From NCBI GenBank assembly GCA_951406725.2, contig OX597816.1:122078001-122142000 (forward strand): DNA of 64,000 nucleotides, in the 5' to 3' direction. The stretch's first letter is position 1. Each line of letters opens with the position of its first letter. The DNA comes from Octopus vulgaris (taxonomy: Eukaryota). Under the pieces are notes generated by a model. It did not search any database and was not told where the DNA came from. It saw nothing but the letters and a program-made list of their open reading frames with translations. Positions 26,190-41,483 of this stretch are shown piece by piece. The position numbers and the translations under genes were made by a program.

Positions 26190-27384
26190 TTAGACTCTTA
26201 GTTACGCCAACAATAAAATAATTAAAACAATAACTATTTTAGAAACTCAAATTAATGTTTTTGTTTCTTGTTTCAGTGTGAGGGCGGATAATTTTTGTTG
26301 CCATTGTTGTTGTACCTTTTTAAAAATTGTATAATTGAAATTTAGATGGTCTGTTTCCAAGTTTTACAGGAATTTAGATCAAACTTATAGTTGCTTCAAA
26401 CCGTCTCTTCGACTCCAATAGATATATCGAATATTTATCAAGAACTATGTTCACTTGAATGAAATTATTTATCCATCTCGTTGTTTGTTCTTTTTCTTAA
26501 CAAGCACAATCATACGGTCTTCCCTTTCTTAAAGACGGCAGAATGTGACATATAGGAAATTTAGCTGATATTTTTTATATATTGCAACCGCACGGAAGAT
26601 TCGTTAATGCTTGGAATATTGATTTGCGTGTTTCTTATGGAGATGAGTCCATCAGCACCTAGTTGTATACAGTACATATTCTGAATTCAAATCCTGCTGA
26701 AGCCAACTTTCACTTAAAACTTCCAGAGTTAGTAAAATAATTATTTCTACTCTAGGCACAAAGCCTTGAAAATATTTTGGGGGGAAGGTGTAACTGGTAC
26801 TTATTTCATCGACCCCGAAAGGATGAAAGGCAATGTTGTCCTCGGGAGAATTTTGTCGCAGAACGTAGCAGCAGACGAAATATTCAGCTGAATAAAATGA
26901 CTGCTGTTGTTTGTCAATAAGAACTTCCGGCGATGTATATTCCGTTTGTCACTGTTATTTATGACATATTTCATCTCAGTTACGTTTGTATGAATAAACG
27001 AGTGTATCTGAAGCACGTTTACTTCATAGAACCACCATAATCGTTCTTGCATTTCTACTACTTTTAGTATTTTTTCCTGTTTTTCAGCTACTATTTTCGG
27101 AAAGACATTTTTGCACCCCGCTACCCTATATTCAAAATTGGTAAATCTAAAAGATGTCGAAGATAAATTAAATTTATTATTGTTTCTGAATATGTTAGTG
27201 TTATTTAATTTCTGAGCGGTTTTGCTGCCGTTTGTTTATATAGTACGATTCCTGTATCCATCAGTTTCTACTAAGATAGAGACGTGTATGAAATTAATAA
27301 TAAAGAGACGAAAATAAAACTATGGAAACAGCAACGTCGCCATAACTTACGTGGAATCCATGAGCGTACTTTCAAGGGAGATAA

Positions 27385-27595
27385 TCAGAGAACGATTTGA
27401 AAGTCAACGTAAGATCGTAATACTTCACGTAAAGTAAATATAACAAATAATCCAGAATCCTTGTTCGGTACTCGATCAATCCACAAATCTAATAAGTTCG
27501 TGCCAGTCACGAGGCCAAACGTCCCTGAAAGTTTCATTTGAATCCATCCAACGGTTCTTGAGATATCTTGTCCACAGACAAACAAACAAACAACG
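27385..27595. mobile_element. Helentron-associated (HINE/DINE-like) non-autonomous element fragment
   Basis: aaagtttcatttgaatccatccaacggttcttgagatatcttgtccacagacaaacaaac resembles the HINE core plus its ACAG/ACAA microsatellite. Confidence 0.45.
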
Positions 27596-27607
27596 ATAAT
27601 AATAATG

Positions 27608-27677
<70 letters not shown>
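27596..27677. repeat. (TAA)n tract opening the Dong array
   Basis: Directly visible. Further tracts lie at 28045-28107, 32184-32258, 33312-33477 (ending GAA), 35702-35811 (CAA then TAA), ~36370 and ~36733. Confidence 0.97.
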
Positions 27678-27678
<1 letters not shown>

Positions 27679-28043
27679 TGGAACCGTATGGCATATTACC
27701 AGCCAATGTACGCCACTAGTACAGATGGAATATAAGAGACGCCATGACAATATAGCCAGGCTTGTCCATTGGACACTTTGCAACAAGTATGGACTTGACA
27801 GAACAAAAAATTGGTATGACCACAAACCTGAAGGCATTATCAAAAATAGAAATGCAAAGATCCTATGGGATTTTATGATTCACTGCGACCATGAAATTGG
27901 GACTAGGAAACCGGACATAGTCTTATTTAACAAAGAAAACAAACTATGGTGGATCATAGACATAACATGCCCAGTAGACAAGGTATGCGATAAGGAAGAA
28001 AGAAAAGTCGAGAGATATGACAGGTTAGCATGGGAAGTTAAGC

Positions 28044-28044
<1 letters not shown>
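27678..28044 (+). mobile_element. Internal R4/Dong RLE fragment (same family as 23233-24138)
   Basis: TVWHITSQCTPL..YKRRHDNIARLVHWTLC..ILWDF..KPDIV..IIDITCP..KVERYDRLAWEVK. Both ends fuse to (TAA)n. Confidence 0.9.
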
Positions 28045-28107
<63 letters not shown>

Positions 28108-31100
28108 GAACACCGAGGACGTTTAAGATGTGAGGACGATAAAACAGTGCTCCGAAATCTATCCACAAACATCGAAAACAAAGACATCGTATGGAGCCAA
28201 AAATTTACTAACAAAGGATTGGACTATATCCGAGTAAGTAATACTCATTGAAATTTATTACTATTTTCGAAACGAAATGATGTATTTTAACTCGATATCA
28301 TCTCCACCTCTAACACAACACATGTAAACATGCGTGGTACATTACGATCCATCAACACCAGATCATCCCCGATCCCAAACACCATGTACAAAAAAACTAC
28401 GAAAAAATTAAATAACACCGATATTATTCAACCCAATAATAACAATCGAGAAGTACGTACTTTAAACTTACAACACAAAATGTACGAAAAACTACACGTG
28501 CAAAACAATGTGACAACAGAAATGAACGGACCGGTACCCTACGAAAATGACGATCGTCAAAATAATGGGCCGGACGTTGTTCCTCATGTCCCGCAAATAA
28601 AACCCAAATGACATAAATGGACACGTGAGGAATACATTTCTATCCTACACGCTTACTTCACAGCAGTGCTCTACCCCAAAAATGAAAACACAACAACACA
28701 TACATATAAAATATGGAAGGAAAATAACATAAATATAGACTTGGATACAGCAATGAACCCTAATAAACTAGCTAACGTACGAAGATATATTCCCAACGCA
28801 AAAAATATCAGAAATAGAAATAGAACATCTAAAAGAAAAAATACACCAGGAAAATGTAGATAGAAGCCACACAACAATGCCCAATAATATAAACACTGAA
28901 ACAGTAAAACACGAAGACAAACGTAACATTCCCAACAAACAACAACAAACCCAGACCGTAAGGATGCATAATAATACACGACAAACAGCAAGCCAAAACA
29001 CGGCAAACAAACACACAAATGAGAAAGAAAGCGACACAAATCTAAAACCTGGAAACAACGAAGGGGAGCTTAATGATTATGATAATATAAAAAGTTGAAT
29101 AATCAAAGAACTGAAAACCACAGAGCTCAAAATGGACCACCGACCATACCTCCCAAAAATCAAAATAGACGAAACAACAACACCAATTATAAACAGCATA
29201 AATCTAGCCGTCACTGAACTGATAGCCACTGAAACAAAAAGCGATATCACTGAGCTAAATGACTTAGTATACGCAGCAGCCACTGCAGCCACAAAAGAAG
29301 CTGGATACTCACTCAAACCCATCCAAACAGGAGTACCACCACCCAAACAAACCCTGTGGATAAATAACATCCAAAACAAAATACAAAAAATGAGAAAAGA
29401 TCTGTCGATTCTTAATGAAATCAGTAGACAATCAACGCTACTGAGCAACAAAAAGAAAACAAAAATACTCCGCAAAGACAACATCACAGAAAAAGATTTA
29501 CCTGAGATAAAAGAAAAGCTAAAGCAAGATATCCTTGCCAAAGCACAAAGGATCCGCCGGTACGAGAAACGCCAGTTCAACTCCAACCCCAAAAAGTCCT
29601 ACCAAGAACTTGGCAAAAATAAAATAGAAATCACTGCAGCACCAACGGCAGAAGAAGTGGAAGAATTCTGGAGAGAAATATGATCGGCGAACGAACAACC
29701 AAAGAAAAGGAGTATTAAAACAACAAACTCAGTATCTGAGCAACTTTGGACCCCCATAACAACAGAAGAGGTCACCCAGGCACTGCAAAGACTAAGCAAC
29801 TGGAAGGCACCTGGGCATGACAAGATCCCCAACTTCTGGTTGAAATATCTAACAGGAATGCACAAAAGCTGGCTGAAAACTTTAACAACATACTAGCAGA
29901 GCCAGAGACAATGCCTGAATGGCTCACGAAGGGGAAAACCATCTTAATTCCCAAATCAAATGAGACAGCAAAACCAGAAAACTACAGACCAATAACCTGT
30001 CTCCCTACAATGTACAAGGCATTTACTGCAGTGATATCACAAAGGTTGAACAAGCACCTGGACGAAAACAACCTGTTTCCAGAAGAGCAGAAAGGATGCC
30101 GCAAAGGCTCATATGGCTGTAAAGATCAACTAATGATTAATAAAGCCATAACTGAAGACAGCCACAGAAAGAAGAAAGGCCTCAGTATGGCCTGGATCGA
30201 CTACAAAAAGGCGTTTGATAGCATCCCCCACACATGGATCCTCGAAACACTAGCAATTAACAAAGTAGCACCAACAATTATAAAATTCATAGGACACTCT
30301 ATGAATAAATGGCAAACAGTGCTACACCTCCAAACAAAAGAGGGACTCATGAAAACCAAAGCCATCCCCATTAGAAGAGGAATATTCCAGGGAGACACGC
30401 TCTCTCCACTCCTTTTCTGCTTGGCACTGTCACCTCTATCTGATATGCTAAATAGAACTGGATGCGGATATAAATGTTACGGCAAAACGATCAGCCACCT
30501 TTTATATATGGATGACCTAAAACTATACGCTGCAAATGACAAACAGCTGGAAACACTATTAAAGACAGTTCATGGATTTACCAAAGAAATAGATATGAAA
30601 TTTGGATTAGAAAAATGCGCCAAAGTAACCATGAAAAGAGGAAAACTAGTTAAGAGTAGCAACATCACACTAGATAAAACCAATGAAATAAAAAGCATTA
30701 GACCAAAGCCAAACTTACAAATACTTGGGAATCCATGAACTAGATAAGACACAACACACACAAATGAAAGAGAAAATAAAAAAAGAATATTATAGACGAG
30801 TTAGATCAATACTAAAAACAGAGCTCAATGCTAAAAACAAGATAATAGGTATTAACACTTTAGCTGTCCCAGTTATAAGTTACAGCTACAATATCCTTAA
30901 CTGGACACTAAATGAACTGACCAAAATAGATAGGAAAACAAGAAAAATAATGACAGGATCTAGGATGCATCACCCAAAATCTGACATAGAAAGACTATAT
31001 ATACAACGTATAGAAGGTGGTAGAGGCCTTATACAGCTGGAAAACTACTATAAAATAACCACCATAGGACTGCAAAAATATCTACTTCAGAAGGAAGGAA

Positions 31101-32183
31101 AACTGATACAAATAGCGACAAAACACGAGCAAAACAAAAAAACTGTTCTCAGTATTTAAGGAAGCTGACAAATACAAACAAGAAATCATACCACCTAATA
31201 AATATGAAGAAGAAGAAGAAGAAGAAGAAGAAGAAGAAGAAGAAGATGAAGAAACAACAAAAGCTATAAAACAAATGAAATCCAAACTAAAACTAGAACA
31301 GCAAAGAACCATGATAAAACGATGGCAAGAAAAGCCCCTTCATGGTAAATACTGGACTAAACTAAATGCAAAAGAAATAGACAAAGAAAAATCCCAGCAA
31401 TGGTTGAGAAGCTCAGGACTCAAAGCAGAGACAGAGGGATTTTTAATTGCAGCACAAGACCAAAGCCTCCCCACCAGAAATTACCAAAAACATGTACTGA
31501 AAAGAAATATAACAAGTAACTGCGGAATATGTGGAGATGGACAAGAAACAATAAATCATATTATCTCTGGCTGCCCAGTCCTGGCTAAGAAGGAATATAT
31601 TCACAGACATGACAGATTTGGAACCTACATACACTGGAAGCTATGCCAACATTATGGAATAACAACAGAAAAAAGATGGTATAGGCACACACCAGAAAAG
31701 GTCACAGAAAATGAGAAAGCAACCATACTCTGGGATATGCCGATACACACAGATTGAGAAATTAAGGCCAACAGACCAGATATAGTTGTCAGAGATCATG
31801 AAGAAAAAAATGCTTTCTAATTGATGTATCAATACCGGCAGATGACAACGTGTCTCTAAAAGAAATGGAGAAACTTTCAAAATACAAAGACCTGGAAATA
31901 GAGGTAACTAGAATGTGGAATCTGAAAACAGAAACAATTTCTATCATAGTAGGTGCATTAGGCATGTTAAAAAATATTCAGACAAATACATAACAAAAAC
32001 ACCAGGACTTACAAACAAATATAATATACAGAAAATTGCACTACTAGGCACTGCACACATCCTACGCAGAACACTTTCCATACAATAACCATCAGAGCAT
32101 CACAACAAATCACAGCACATACCCAAGGCACACAGAGCTGCGCTCGGTAGTGAAGTGAAAGCACGCTATAAAAATAAAACTAC
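28108..32183 (+). mobile_element. Near-full-length R4/Dong-clade non-LTR retrotransposon (frameshifted)
   Basis: One ORF broken into pieces from ATG 28330 to ~32087. It has an N-terminal KWTREEY..NKLANVRRYI region and RT (NYRPITCL, WIDYKKAFDS, GIFQGDTLSPLLF, YMDDLK). It also has a zinc knuckle (CGICGDGQETINHIISGC) and RHD plus the RLE RPDIV..D..K..KY. (TAA)n lies on both flanks. Confidence 0.95.
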
Positions 32184-32258
<75 letters not shown>

Positions 32259-32261
<3 letters not shown>

Positions 32262-33311
32262 GCTAGGCGCATGAAAATCCGTGCCAAAACTGCGGCCTTA
32301 GATATTCTGAATAATAAATGGCAAGAAAAACCTCTGTATGGCAAATACCCAAAGAGAGCGAATAATGCAGATATCGACAAAGCCCTGACCCATCAATGGC
32401 TAATGGCCTCTGGCTTAAAATCTGAAACAGAGGGGTTTATCATAGCAGCTCAAGATCAATGCCTACCAACAAGAAACTACCAGGCCAACATATTAAAGAT
32501 CAGAAGCAGTCCAACGTGTCGTGTATGCCAGCAACAAAATGAAACCATTGACCATGTGGTCTCCAAGTGCAGTCTTCTAGCGCCTACATAGTATCTCAAC
32601 AGACACGATAGAGCTGCACAATATATTCACTGGGTAATCTGCAAAAACCTGGATTTGCCCCATGAAAAAAACTGGTGGGAACACAAACCACCCCCAGTGC
32701 TTGAAAATGACCACATCTCACTCCTCTGGAACTTCACCATTCAAACTGACAGAAAGATAGATGCAAATAGGCCAGACATCATATTGAAAGACTTCAAACA
32801 AAGAACATGCCTCCTCATTGATATGACTGTCCCAATCGATATAAACGTATCTGTCAAGACCTACCAAAAACTGAGCAAATATAAAGATCTTGAAATAGAA
32901 ATCAGCAAAATGTGGAAGCTGAAGACTAAAACAATACCTGTTGTCATAGGTGCCCTGGGAATGATAGCGAAAGGGACTGATTGCTACCTAACTCAGATAC
33001 CAGGAAACCCCAAAATGGCAGAAATTCAAAAGATAGTGCTCATGGGAACTGCTCATATCCTACGCAAAATACTCTCTATGTAATCCCAAGGTTTAAAACA
33101 AACTTTTTTTTTATTTTCTTATTTTTTTATTTTTTTATTTTTATTTTTAATTTTTTAATTTTTTTTATTCTTATGTATTAGACATTCACTAGTACAACAC
33201 AAAAAAAAACCCCAAATATATGGCGCAGAACTTCCAACCTGTTGTCTCTTGAGGTCTCTGTGTGAGACTTGGAGCCAACTTGTACAGACATAAAGCAAAA
33301 GTCAAACATAG
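32259..33311 (+). mobile_element. 5'-truncated R4/Dong element, second family
   Basis: ORFs 32271-32591 and 32655-33083 (CRVC..H..C, RPDIILKD, KLSKYKDL, VVIGALG, stop at 33083). The 3' UTR has a T-rich tract and ends in (TAA)n. Confidence 0.93.
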
Positions 33312-33332
33312 AATAATAATAATAATAATGAT

Positions 33333-33457
<125 letters not shown>

Positions 33458-33477
33458 GAAGAAGAAGAAGAAGAAGA

Positions 33478-35701
33478 AAGGCACTCACGAAGGCCCATAA
33501 TTGGAAATCCCCCGGTAAAGATAGGGTGCCGAATTTCTGGCTCGCATCGCTCCCATGCGCACACGGTAAGCTAGTTCAGCTGCTCAATGGAATTATGAGA
33601 GACCCAAAGAAAACACCTGAATGGTTAGCAAGTGGCATTACTTACCTACTCCCAAAGAATAACGAAACCAACCTTCCAAAAAACTATCGGCCTATAACCT
33701 GTCTATCCACCACGTATAAAATCCTAACATCTATCCTGGCGGAGAAAACATATGCATTCATGGAGAAGAACGATATTTTCCCCATTGAACAAAAGGGTGC
33801 CGCCGAGGCTCTTACGGATGCAAAGATCAACTGCTAATCAATCGTATGATCCTTGAGAACTGTCACAACAAGCGCAGAAATCTCAGCACCGGATGGATTG
33901 ACTATAAAAAGGCCTTCGACAGTATACCGCATCCATGGATCTTGAGATCGCTGGACATCTTCAAAATTTCCCCTGTGATTTCAAACTTCCTGAAGCACAA
34001 TATGTCGTTGTGGAATACGAATCTCCAATTATACCACTCTAATGGAGTACTTGCCTCAGAAAATATAAACATCAACTGTGGAATTTTTCAAGGTGACTCA
34101 CTTTCACCTTTAATATTCTGCATAGCCCTAATACCCCTTACAAGTGAATTAAACAGAACAGGGTATGGGTATAAAATTGCCAATAAAAAAATAAGCCACC
34201 TATTTTATATGGATGACTTAAAACTTTATGGTAAAGACAATAATGAACTTGAAGGCCTATTGCGCACCGTGAAAGCATTCAGCGATGACATCGGGATGGA
34301 GTTTGGACTTAATAAGTGTGCCAAGGCCACTTTCCAGAAAGGGAAAGTGAAGACCACAAATTCAGTCGTGTTAGATGTTGACACAGTCATAAGAGAGCTT
34401 GAGTAAGAACAAACATACAAATATTTAGGGATAAATGAAGGCTCTGGTATTCAGCATGCAAGCATGAAAGAGAAAATCAGGAAGGAATGTTATAGGAGAG
34501 TTCGTGCAGTCCTGAAATCTGAACTAAATGCACGTAACAAGGTGTTAGCTATAAATTCCTTAGCAGTTCCAGTTGTTACTTATAGCTACAATGTGTTGAA
34601 CTGGAATATGAGTGAAGTAAAGAATATAGATAGAAAAATACGCAAGCTGCTGAGTTGTAATAGGATGCACCACCCAAAGGCAGACGTAGATCGCCTTTAC
34701 CTTCCCAGAGCCCAAGGAGGTCGAGGCCTGATCCAATTTGAACTAGCTTACAAAACAACCACAATTGGACTGGCCAAATATCTCGAAATATCGAATGACT
34801 GGATGCTAAAGCTCGTGGAAAATCACGAGAGACGAAAGAAGCTTCATTCTATCATAAAGGAAAGCAAAAAAATTGCTATTGATCTCGTGCACGATACCCA
34901 AACTGAACAACCCGAGGGAAGTACGGCAACTATTGTTGCAAAGAAGGTAAAAATGATGGCAATGAAAAAAGCGCACGAGCAATTGGCTGATAGGTGGGAG
35001 GAGAAACCTCTGCACGGCAAATATGTGACCCGCAGCAAACAAGCTGATGTTGACCAGAAGCAAACCCATCAGTGGCTACGGAGCTCAGGGCTAAAAGCAG
35101 AGAGCGAAGGTTTCATCCTGGCTGCTCGAGATCAAAGCCTATTAACCCGGAACTACCAGGCCAATGTGACGAAAAATGGAGCAGACCCAAAATGCCGATT
35201 CTGCAACGACATTATTGAAACAGTGGACCACCTAATCTCTGGATGTAAAGTCTTAGCACCAGTGGAGTATAAATTAAGACATGACAGAGTTGGCCAATAT
35301 CTCCACTGGCTAATAAGTCGGCATTACAATATCAAAACTGCCGACAAGTGGTATAATCACCACCCTGAGGCTGTAACTGAAGGAGAAAATGTAACCATTC
35401 TGTGGGACTTTCCAGTACATACAGACCGAACCATCAAGGCCAATAAACCAGATATTGTTGTGAAAGACCGAAACAATAAAGTTTGCTTATTGATCGACAC
35501 GAGCATCCCCTGTGATCATAATATCTCAGCGAAAGAGTTTGACAAGCTCAGAAAATATAAAGACCTACTCATTGAAATTGAGAAAATGTGGCATCTCAAG
35601 GCGGTTACAATACCAGTGATCGTAGGAGCACTAGGAATGATCAAGAAGGGAACCGAAAATTATATGAGAATGATCCCTGGCTTACCATCCCTGCAAGAAG
35701 T
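33478..35701 (+). mobile_element. R4/Dong element, third family, truncated at both ends
   Basis: RT (GIFQGDSLSPLIF, YMDDLK), CRFC..H..C, RHD and KPDIVV. It stops at SLQEV and joins (CAA)n(TAA)n with no stop codon or 3' UTR. Confidence 0.93.
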
Positions 35702-36366
<665 letters not shown>

Positions 36367-36380
36367 TATTAATAATAATA

Positions 36381-36731
36381 ACTTGGAAAAGATGGAAAAA
36401 TACAGACCACTAAAAGACGAAATTGCAAGAATGTGGGTATAAGCAGAGTAACTGTTATCCCAGTAGTTGTAGGGGCACTCGGAGCACTAACTCCCAGGTT
36501 CAAGAAATATTCAAGAGAAATTGGAATTGACATGAGGGCACAACAGGCCCCAAAACCGCTCTTTTAGGGACAGCTAGGATTTTGAGGATGGTGCTCGGGT
36601 GCTGAATGTCTTCCACGTTAACAAAGCTTATAGATTGCGGAAAGAGACCCTGTGAGACCTATGGCAACAGGTTGCTATCTTCTCTCATAGAATCAACCAG
36701 AGCAAGTAAGACCGAGAGCTCTGAGAGGTAA
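36381..36731 (+). mobile_element. R4/Dong 3' end, another family
   Basis: LEKMEKYRPLKDEIARMW..VIPVVVGALG..LLGTARILRMVLGC*, then a 3' UTR and TAA repeats. Confidence 0.85.
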
Positions 36732-37339
36732 AATAATAATGATAACAATAACTACAACAACAACTATAATTATAACGCGAGAAGTTATGCACTGCGCTGA
36801 ACCTGTGATAAGAAGAAATGTAGCTTCAAAATACCCACTTGTTTCCCTTTGAGTGGTCACCGTTTGAGCTGCAATATTGTGTATAAGTTCTCAGCCACTA
36901 CCCACAACAATTCCACCAAAATATACATAAAGTTTTCAGTTAAGCGCCATTACTTAGACCATATCAGCTTTTTTTCTAACACTTAGCACAAATTTTCGAG
37001 ATCACTAGCAATTCACATACCCATCTCAATGACAATGCATGCCATATAATGCTTCCTGGTCTATCATTAATACAGAAAACTATACCAGAGAAGTAGGAGA
37101 GAATGCAATTTGTGTCGCAGACAATCTCTTGAAGTATAACGTGAGAACAAAGACAGACTTCTAGATAAAATGAGTGATATAATTACTTTCTGTCGTATAA
37201 ATTTTATAAAATATTTTTCTTCTGCTGCAAATCGATCTGCTCCAAAGGACCCAGATAAGTGTAAGTTTTTATTTCATATCTTAAATCTTGGGTACACTTT
37301 TGTCGCTTCTGTTACTTCCACATATATATTACAGTTCAG

Positions 37340-37705
37340 AAGGCGTGTGGATAAGTGTTTAGGGTATTCGGCTTACAATCGAAAGGTCTCGAGATCAATT
37401 TCCGGCGACGCGTAATGTTCTTGAGCAAGACACTTTATTTCACGTTGCTCCAGTCCACTCAGCTGACAAAAATTAGTTATACCTTTATTTCAAAGACACT
37501 TTATTTCCCGTTGCTCCAGTTCATTCAGCTGTATTTCAAAGGGCCAGCTTTATCACACTCTGTGTCACGCTGAATCTCCCTGAGAACTACGTGAAGGGTA
37601 CACGTGTTTGTGGAGTGCTCAGCCACTTGCACGTTAATTTCACGAGCAAGTTTTTCCGTTGATCGTATCAGCTGAGACCCTCGTCGTCGTAACCGATGGT
37701 ATGCT
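37340..37705 (+). mobile_element. CORE-type tRNA-SINE (octopus OR-like) with an internal ~40-bp duplication
   Basis: tRNA-like head, then CORE-like ttgagcaagacactttatttcacgttgctccagtccactcagctg, which is repeated at ~37492-37531. Related copies lie at 43190-43385(-), 47530-47790(+) and 63235-63350(+). Confidence 0.75.
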
Positions 37706-38529
37706 GCTTTTCCTTATGATTTTGCAGCGATAACTTACTTTACTGCTAAAAACGGGATACAAACGGAATCTAAGGAGCTTATTAATCTGTGAGAGAGACT
37801 ATATAAATTACAGCACAAGATCATAAATTTGGTAGAACTGGCTATAACTAATTCGGTACCCGTGATCGATTAGCGCTTGATTTCTAGACTCTGGTTGGGT
37901 GTAACTGAAATATCAAAGGTACCTAAAACTCTTATTAACAATGATTGTTTTCAAATGAAAGTTTCGTATGGGAGAGTATATAATCTATAAAATAGACCTT
38001 CACCATATACTTGGTCATCATTGTACGCATTCATAGGGATGAAAAGTAAAGTTGTAAAGTTTAAATTCAAGAAGTAGATGAAACGAAACCAAGCACGGAA
38101 AAGGATTTTATCAGTGTACTACTATTTGTTTGAAATTGCCTTTAAAAATAACACTGGTTCCGTAAAAGGACTTGAAATCAAATATTTGTAGGAAAGATGT
38201 ATAGTTGATGACAACAAGACATGTCTAGTACTTTGTTTCTCCTCAAAGAGAAGAAAATCAGATTTGTTTCGGATGAAATCTGAATTCAGAATAACTAAAT
38301 GAATCAAACCAGTAATATCACTGATACTTATTTTTCTGAACTTTGTAGCAAGAAATTCGGAGTTAACCTCAGCAAAATTTGGACTCAGAACTTAAATGAA
38401 CATGAGTAGGGACTGAAAGGAAGACAATTCTGTCCAGCTCGCGATCAATTGAGGTATTAATCAAGCTGCTAGTCTAACCACAATGACACCAATCATGCGA
38501 AAACAATATATCGATCTAATTACCCTGCT

Positions 38530-38745
38530 ATTCTTTCATTCTTTTATTCTTCTACTTGTTTCAGTCATCCGACTGCGGCCATGCTGGAGCCTTTAAGGCT
38601 TTAGTCGAATAAATCGATTCCAGGACTTATTCTTTGTAAGCCTAGTACTAATTCTATCGGTGTCTTTTGTCGAACCGCTATATTACGGGGGACAACATGC
38701 CAGGATCAGTTGTCAAGATAGGGCGGGGTGGGGACAAACACAGAC
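38530..38745 (-). mobile_element. OK-like SINE 3' half
   Basis: Minus tail gctccagcatggccgcagtcggatgactgaaacaagtagaagaataaaaagaa. Confidence 0.7.
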
Positions 38746-38808
38746 ACACACACATTAATACATATATATGTATATATATATATGTGTGTGTGTATATATA
38801 TATGTGTA

Positions 38809-38872
<64 letters not shown>

Positions 38873-38957
38873 AGTTTTGCATTCGGTAAAATTTTGTTTA
38901 TTTTTATAGTTTTGACCGCATTGGTCCCTCTTAGCGTGTTGGTATCTATATAGTACA

Positions 38958-39028
<71 letters not shown>

Positions 39029-39029
39029 A

Positions 39030-39620
39030 TAAGTCAACTTCCTCCCACAATACGAGGGAAGAAACAAAATCTCTCTGTCCTCCAAGTGCTGGCTCACAAA
39101 TTTGCGAACCTCCTCAGGAGTGTCAAACAACAACCACACCGTCGCATATTTGATGCCCCTGGAGATGAATTTAATAGTCTGCCAACTCCCTTTCTATAGC
39201 CGTCTTTTCAAATAGGGCGATGGTGTCGAGCAAATTGGAGTAAGTCCTCAACACCACCGTCCTCTCTTCAAAGTCTTTCAACCACTGTTTGGGTGGAACA
39301 GTTTCCCACTCCAAAACATTGTCCTTGTTCTTTTCCATGTTTTTTTTTTAAATAAAAAGTTCAAAAACAGTTCACGATAAAAATTCAAAAATAAAGAAGG
39401 AAGAAAAAGAAAGAAATCAAAAGAAAGTCACAACAAAAAGGAAGGAAGAAACAAAGAAAAATAGTTCAATAAAAAGAAAGTCACCACAAAAAGGATAGAA
39501 TAAGGAAAAAACAGTCTACAGTCCAAAAAAAAACAGCAAGCAAAAAATCTTCTGGCCACTAGGTACTCCAGGCCTATTTGGTTCTCCAATTTGAACTCGG
39601 AACGCCACAACTTGGAACAC
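39030..39620 (-). mobile_element. Probable L1/Tx1-like LINE 5' end (5' UTR plus start of ORF1)
   Basis: A T-rich UTR, then [70 protein letters not shown] (RRM-like ORF1). It is cut off by (TA)n. Confidence 0.55.
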
Positions 39621-40863
39621 AGCTTTCACAAAAATTGGTAAAAGAAGTTGTATCTTCGATGAATTCTCACAATTTTTGAAAAAAACTATTCATTAACAGT
39701 GAAAAAATTTTTGGAAGCGAGATACGCCCCCAAAACAACAATTCTCACAATTGAGAAAGACTATTCACCCAACTACAGGCAGATCAGAGTCCAGAATCCA
39801 GTGAGGACTTCTTGTTTGTACAAAAATAATTACGGCAAAAAAACAAATCCCCACTGGACCCCCAGAACAAAAGTCTTACCTTATAGTTGAGCTTCTTTCA
39901 CAATCAATTTTCACTCGCTACAAACTAGCGTGACGACTTCTATTCAGTGGTACGAACAACGCTGACAACACGCATGAGCGGGAAGCAAGCTTCATACCAC
40001 ACAGCCACGTTTTTGCCTATATGACTTTTTTCTTGAGACCTCCTGCTGATAAGGAAGGAACGATAAAGGCTATGAGACCTGGACTGACCACTTGAAGGAA
40101 CTTAGCTAACAATTACTATGTATTAAGTTTGCCAGCTCACCAACAACCCTGTGCTAACAGGAATTGTTCCTAATATAAACACAGGGCTAGAAATTTGGAA
40201 GATGGAGTTTTGTCGATTGAATCAACCGCAAGCACTTGAGTGGCTTTTTATTTTATCGACCCTGTAAGGATGAAAGACAAAACTGATCTCAGCGAGATTT
40301 GAACTCAGTGCGTAAAGAACCGTAAAATATACCGCAAGATGCACTAACAAGTCTGCAAATCATTAATGCTAACAATAATAAAATTAAACAAAAACTGGAT
40401 AAGAAAAAAAGATTAAACAGATGGATTGGAATTACTAGTGTCTATATTGATCTGACGAAAATGGTTTTAAAATGCAATTATTTGAAGAATATTACAATTA
40501 GACTGTACTTTGTCCAGAATACTGCAATTAATCTTATTCGCACCGTTTTACTAACATGCTATTATAGATCGTCGATGAATGTGTTTAAATCGATATTTTA
40601 AGAAGGACACTCTGTTTAATTGCTTTGTTTTGAATTTTTCAAGTAGTATATCATCATATCTAAATGGTGGCAATGGTGGCGCTGAAGTGATGACGATGGA
40701 GATGGTAATAATGATCACTTTTCTAATCTATTGGATCACTGGAGCAAAAAACAGCCAATGTAGAGGAAGAGTGTCAGTCTTTTTTAGCTCATTCTCTCAG
40801 AAAATCTGAACGAAACGCTCATTGTACTTTCTTAGAGCTGGGTTGACTGAGATATTTCAGGTA

Positions 40864-41190
<327 letters not shown>

Positions 41191-41403
41191 AATAAATATA
41201 AGAGAGTGGTCACTATATAGCTCACTCTAGCACTAGAAATAGATCCGATAGGTTTCAACCACAAAATAAATCTTTCCCATGAAAGTCAGCACGATTGTTA
41301 GGGGCATTTGAATTATAACGGCGGATGTAATCGATTGAACCACACGCGTATTTATCGTTATGGTAAAATCTGGCGTGTGATTGAGTGGATTTCATCCAGA
41401 TAG

Positions 41404-41483
41404 TTTTGGCTGAGGAGCTACAAGTGAGTTATTGTGAGTAAAATTACATTTAATTCATTAATAGCGAAACAATTGTCCCAAAA
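41404..41483 (+). ncRNA. Type I hammerhead ribozyme, copy 1
   Basis: Stem I ttttgg/ccaaaa, core CTGAGGA, stem II closed by gcta/tagc, GAAA, palindromic stem III ACAATTGT and a GUC site. Predicted cut is after 41477. Confidence 0.85.

Noticed and set aside
28108-28330. HDV-like ribozyme in the Dong 5' UTR
   Set aside because: Expected by analogy with R2/R4 elements, but I could not build the double-pseudoknot pairing by eye
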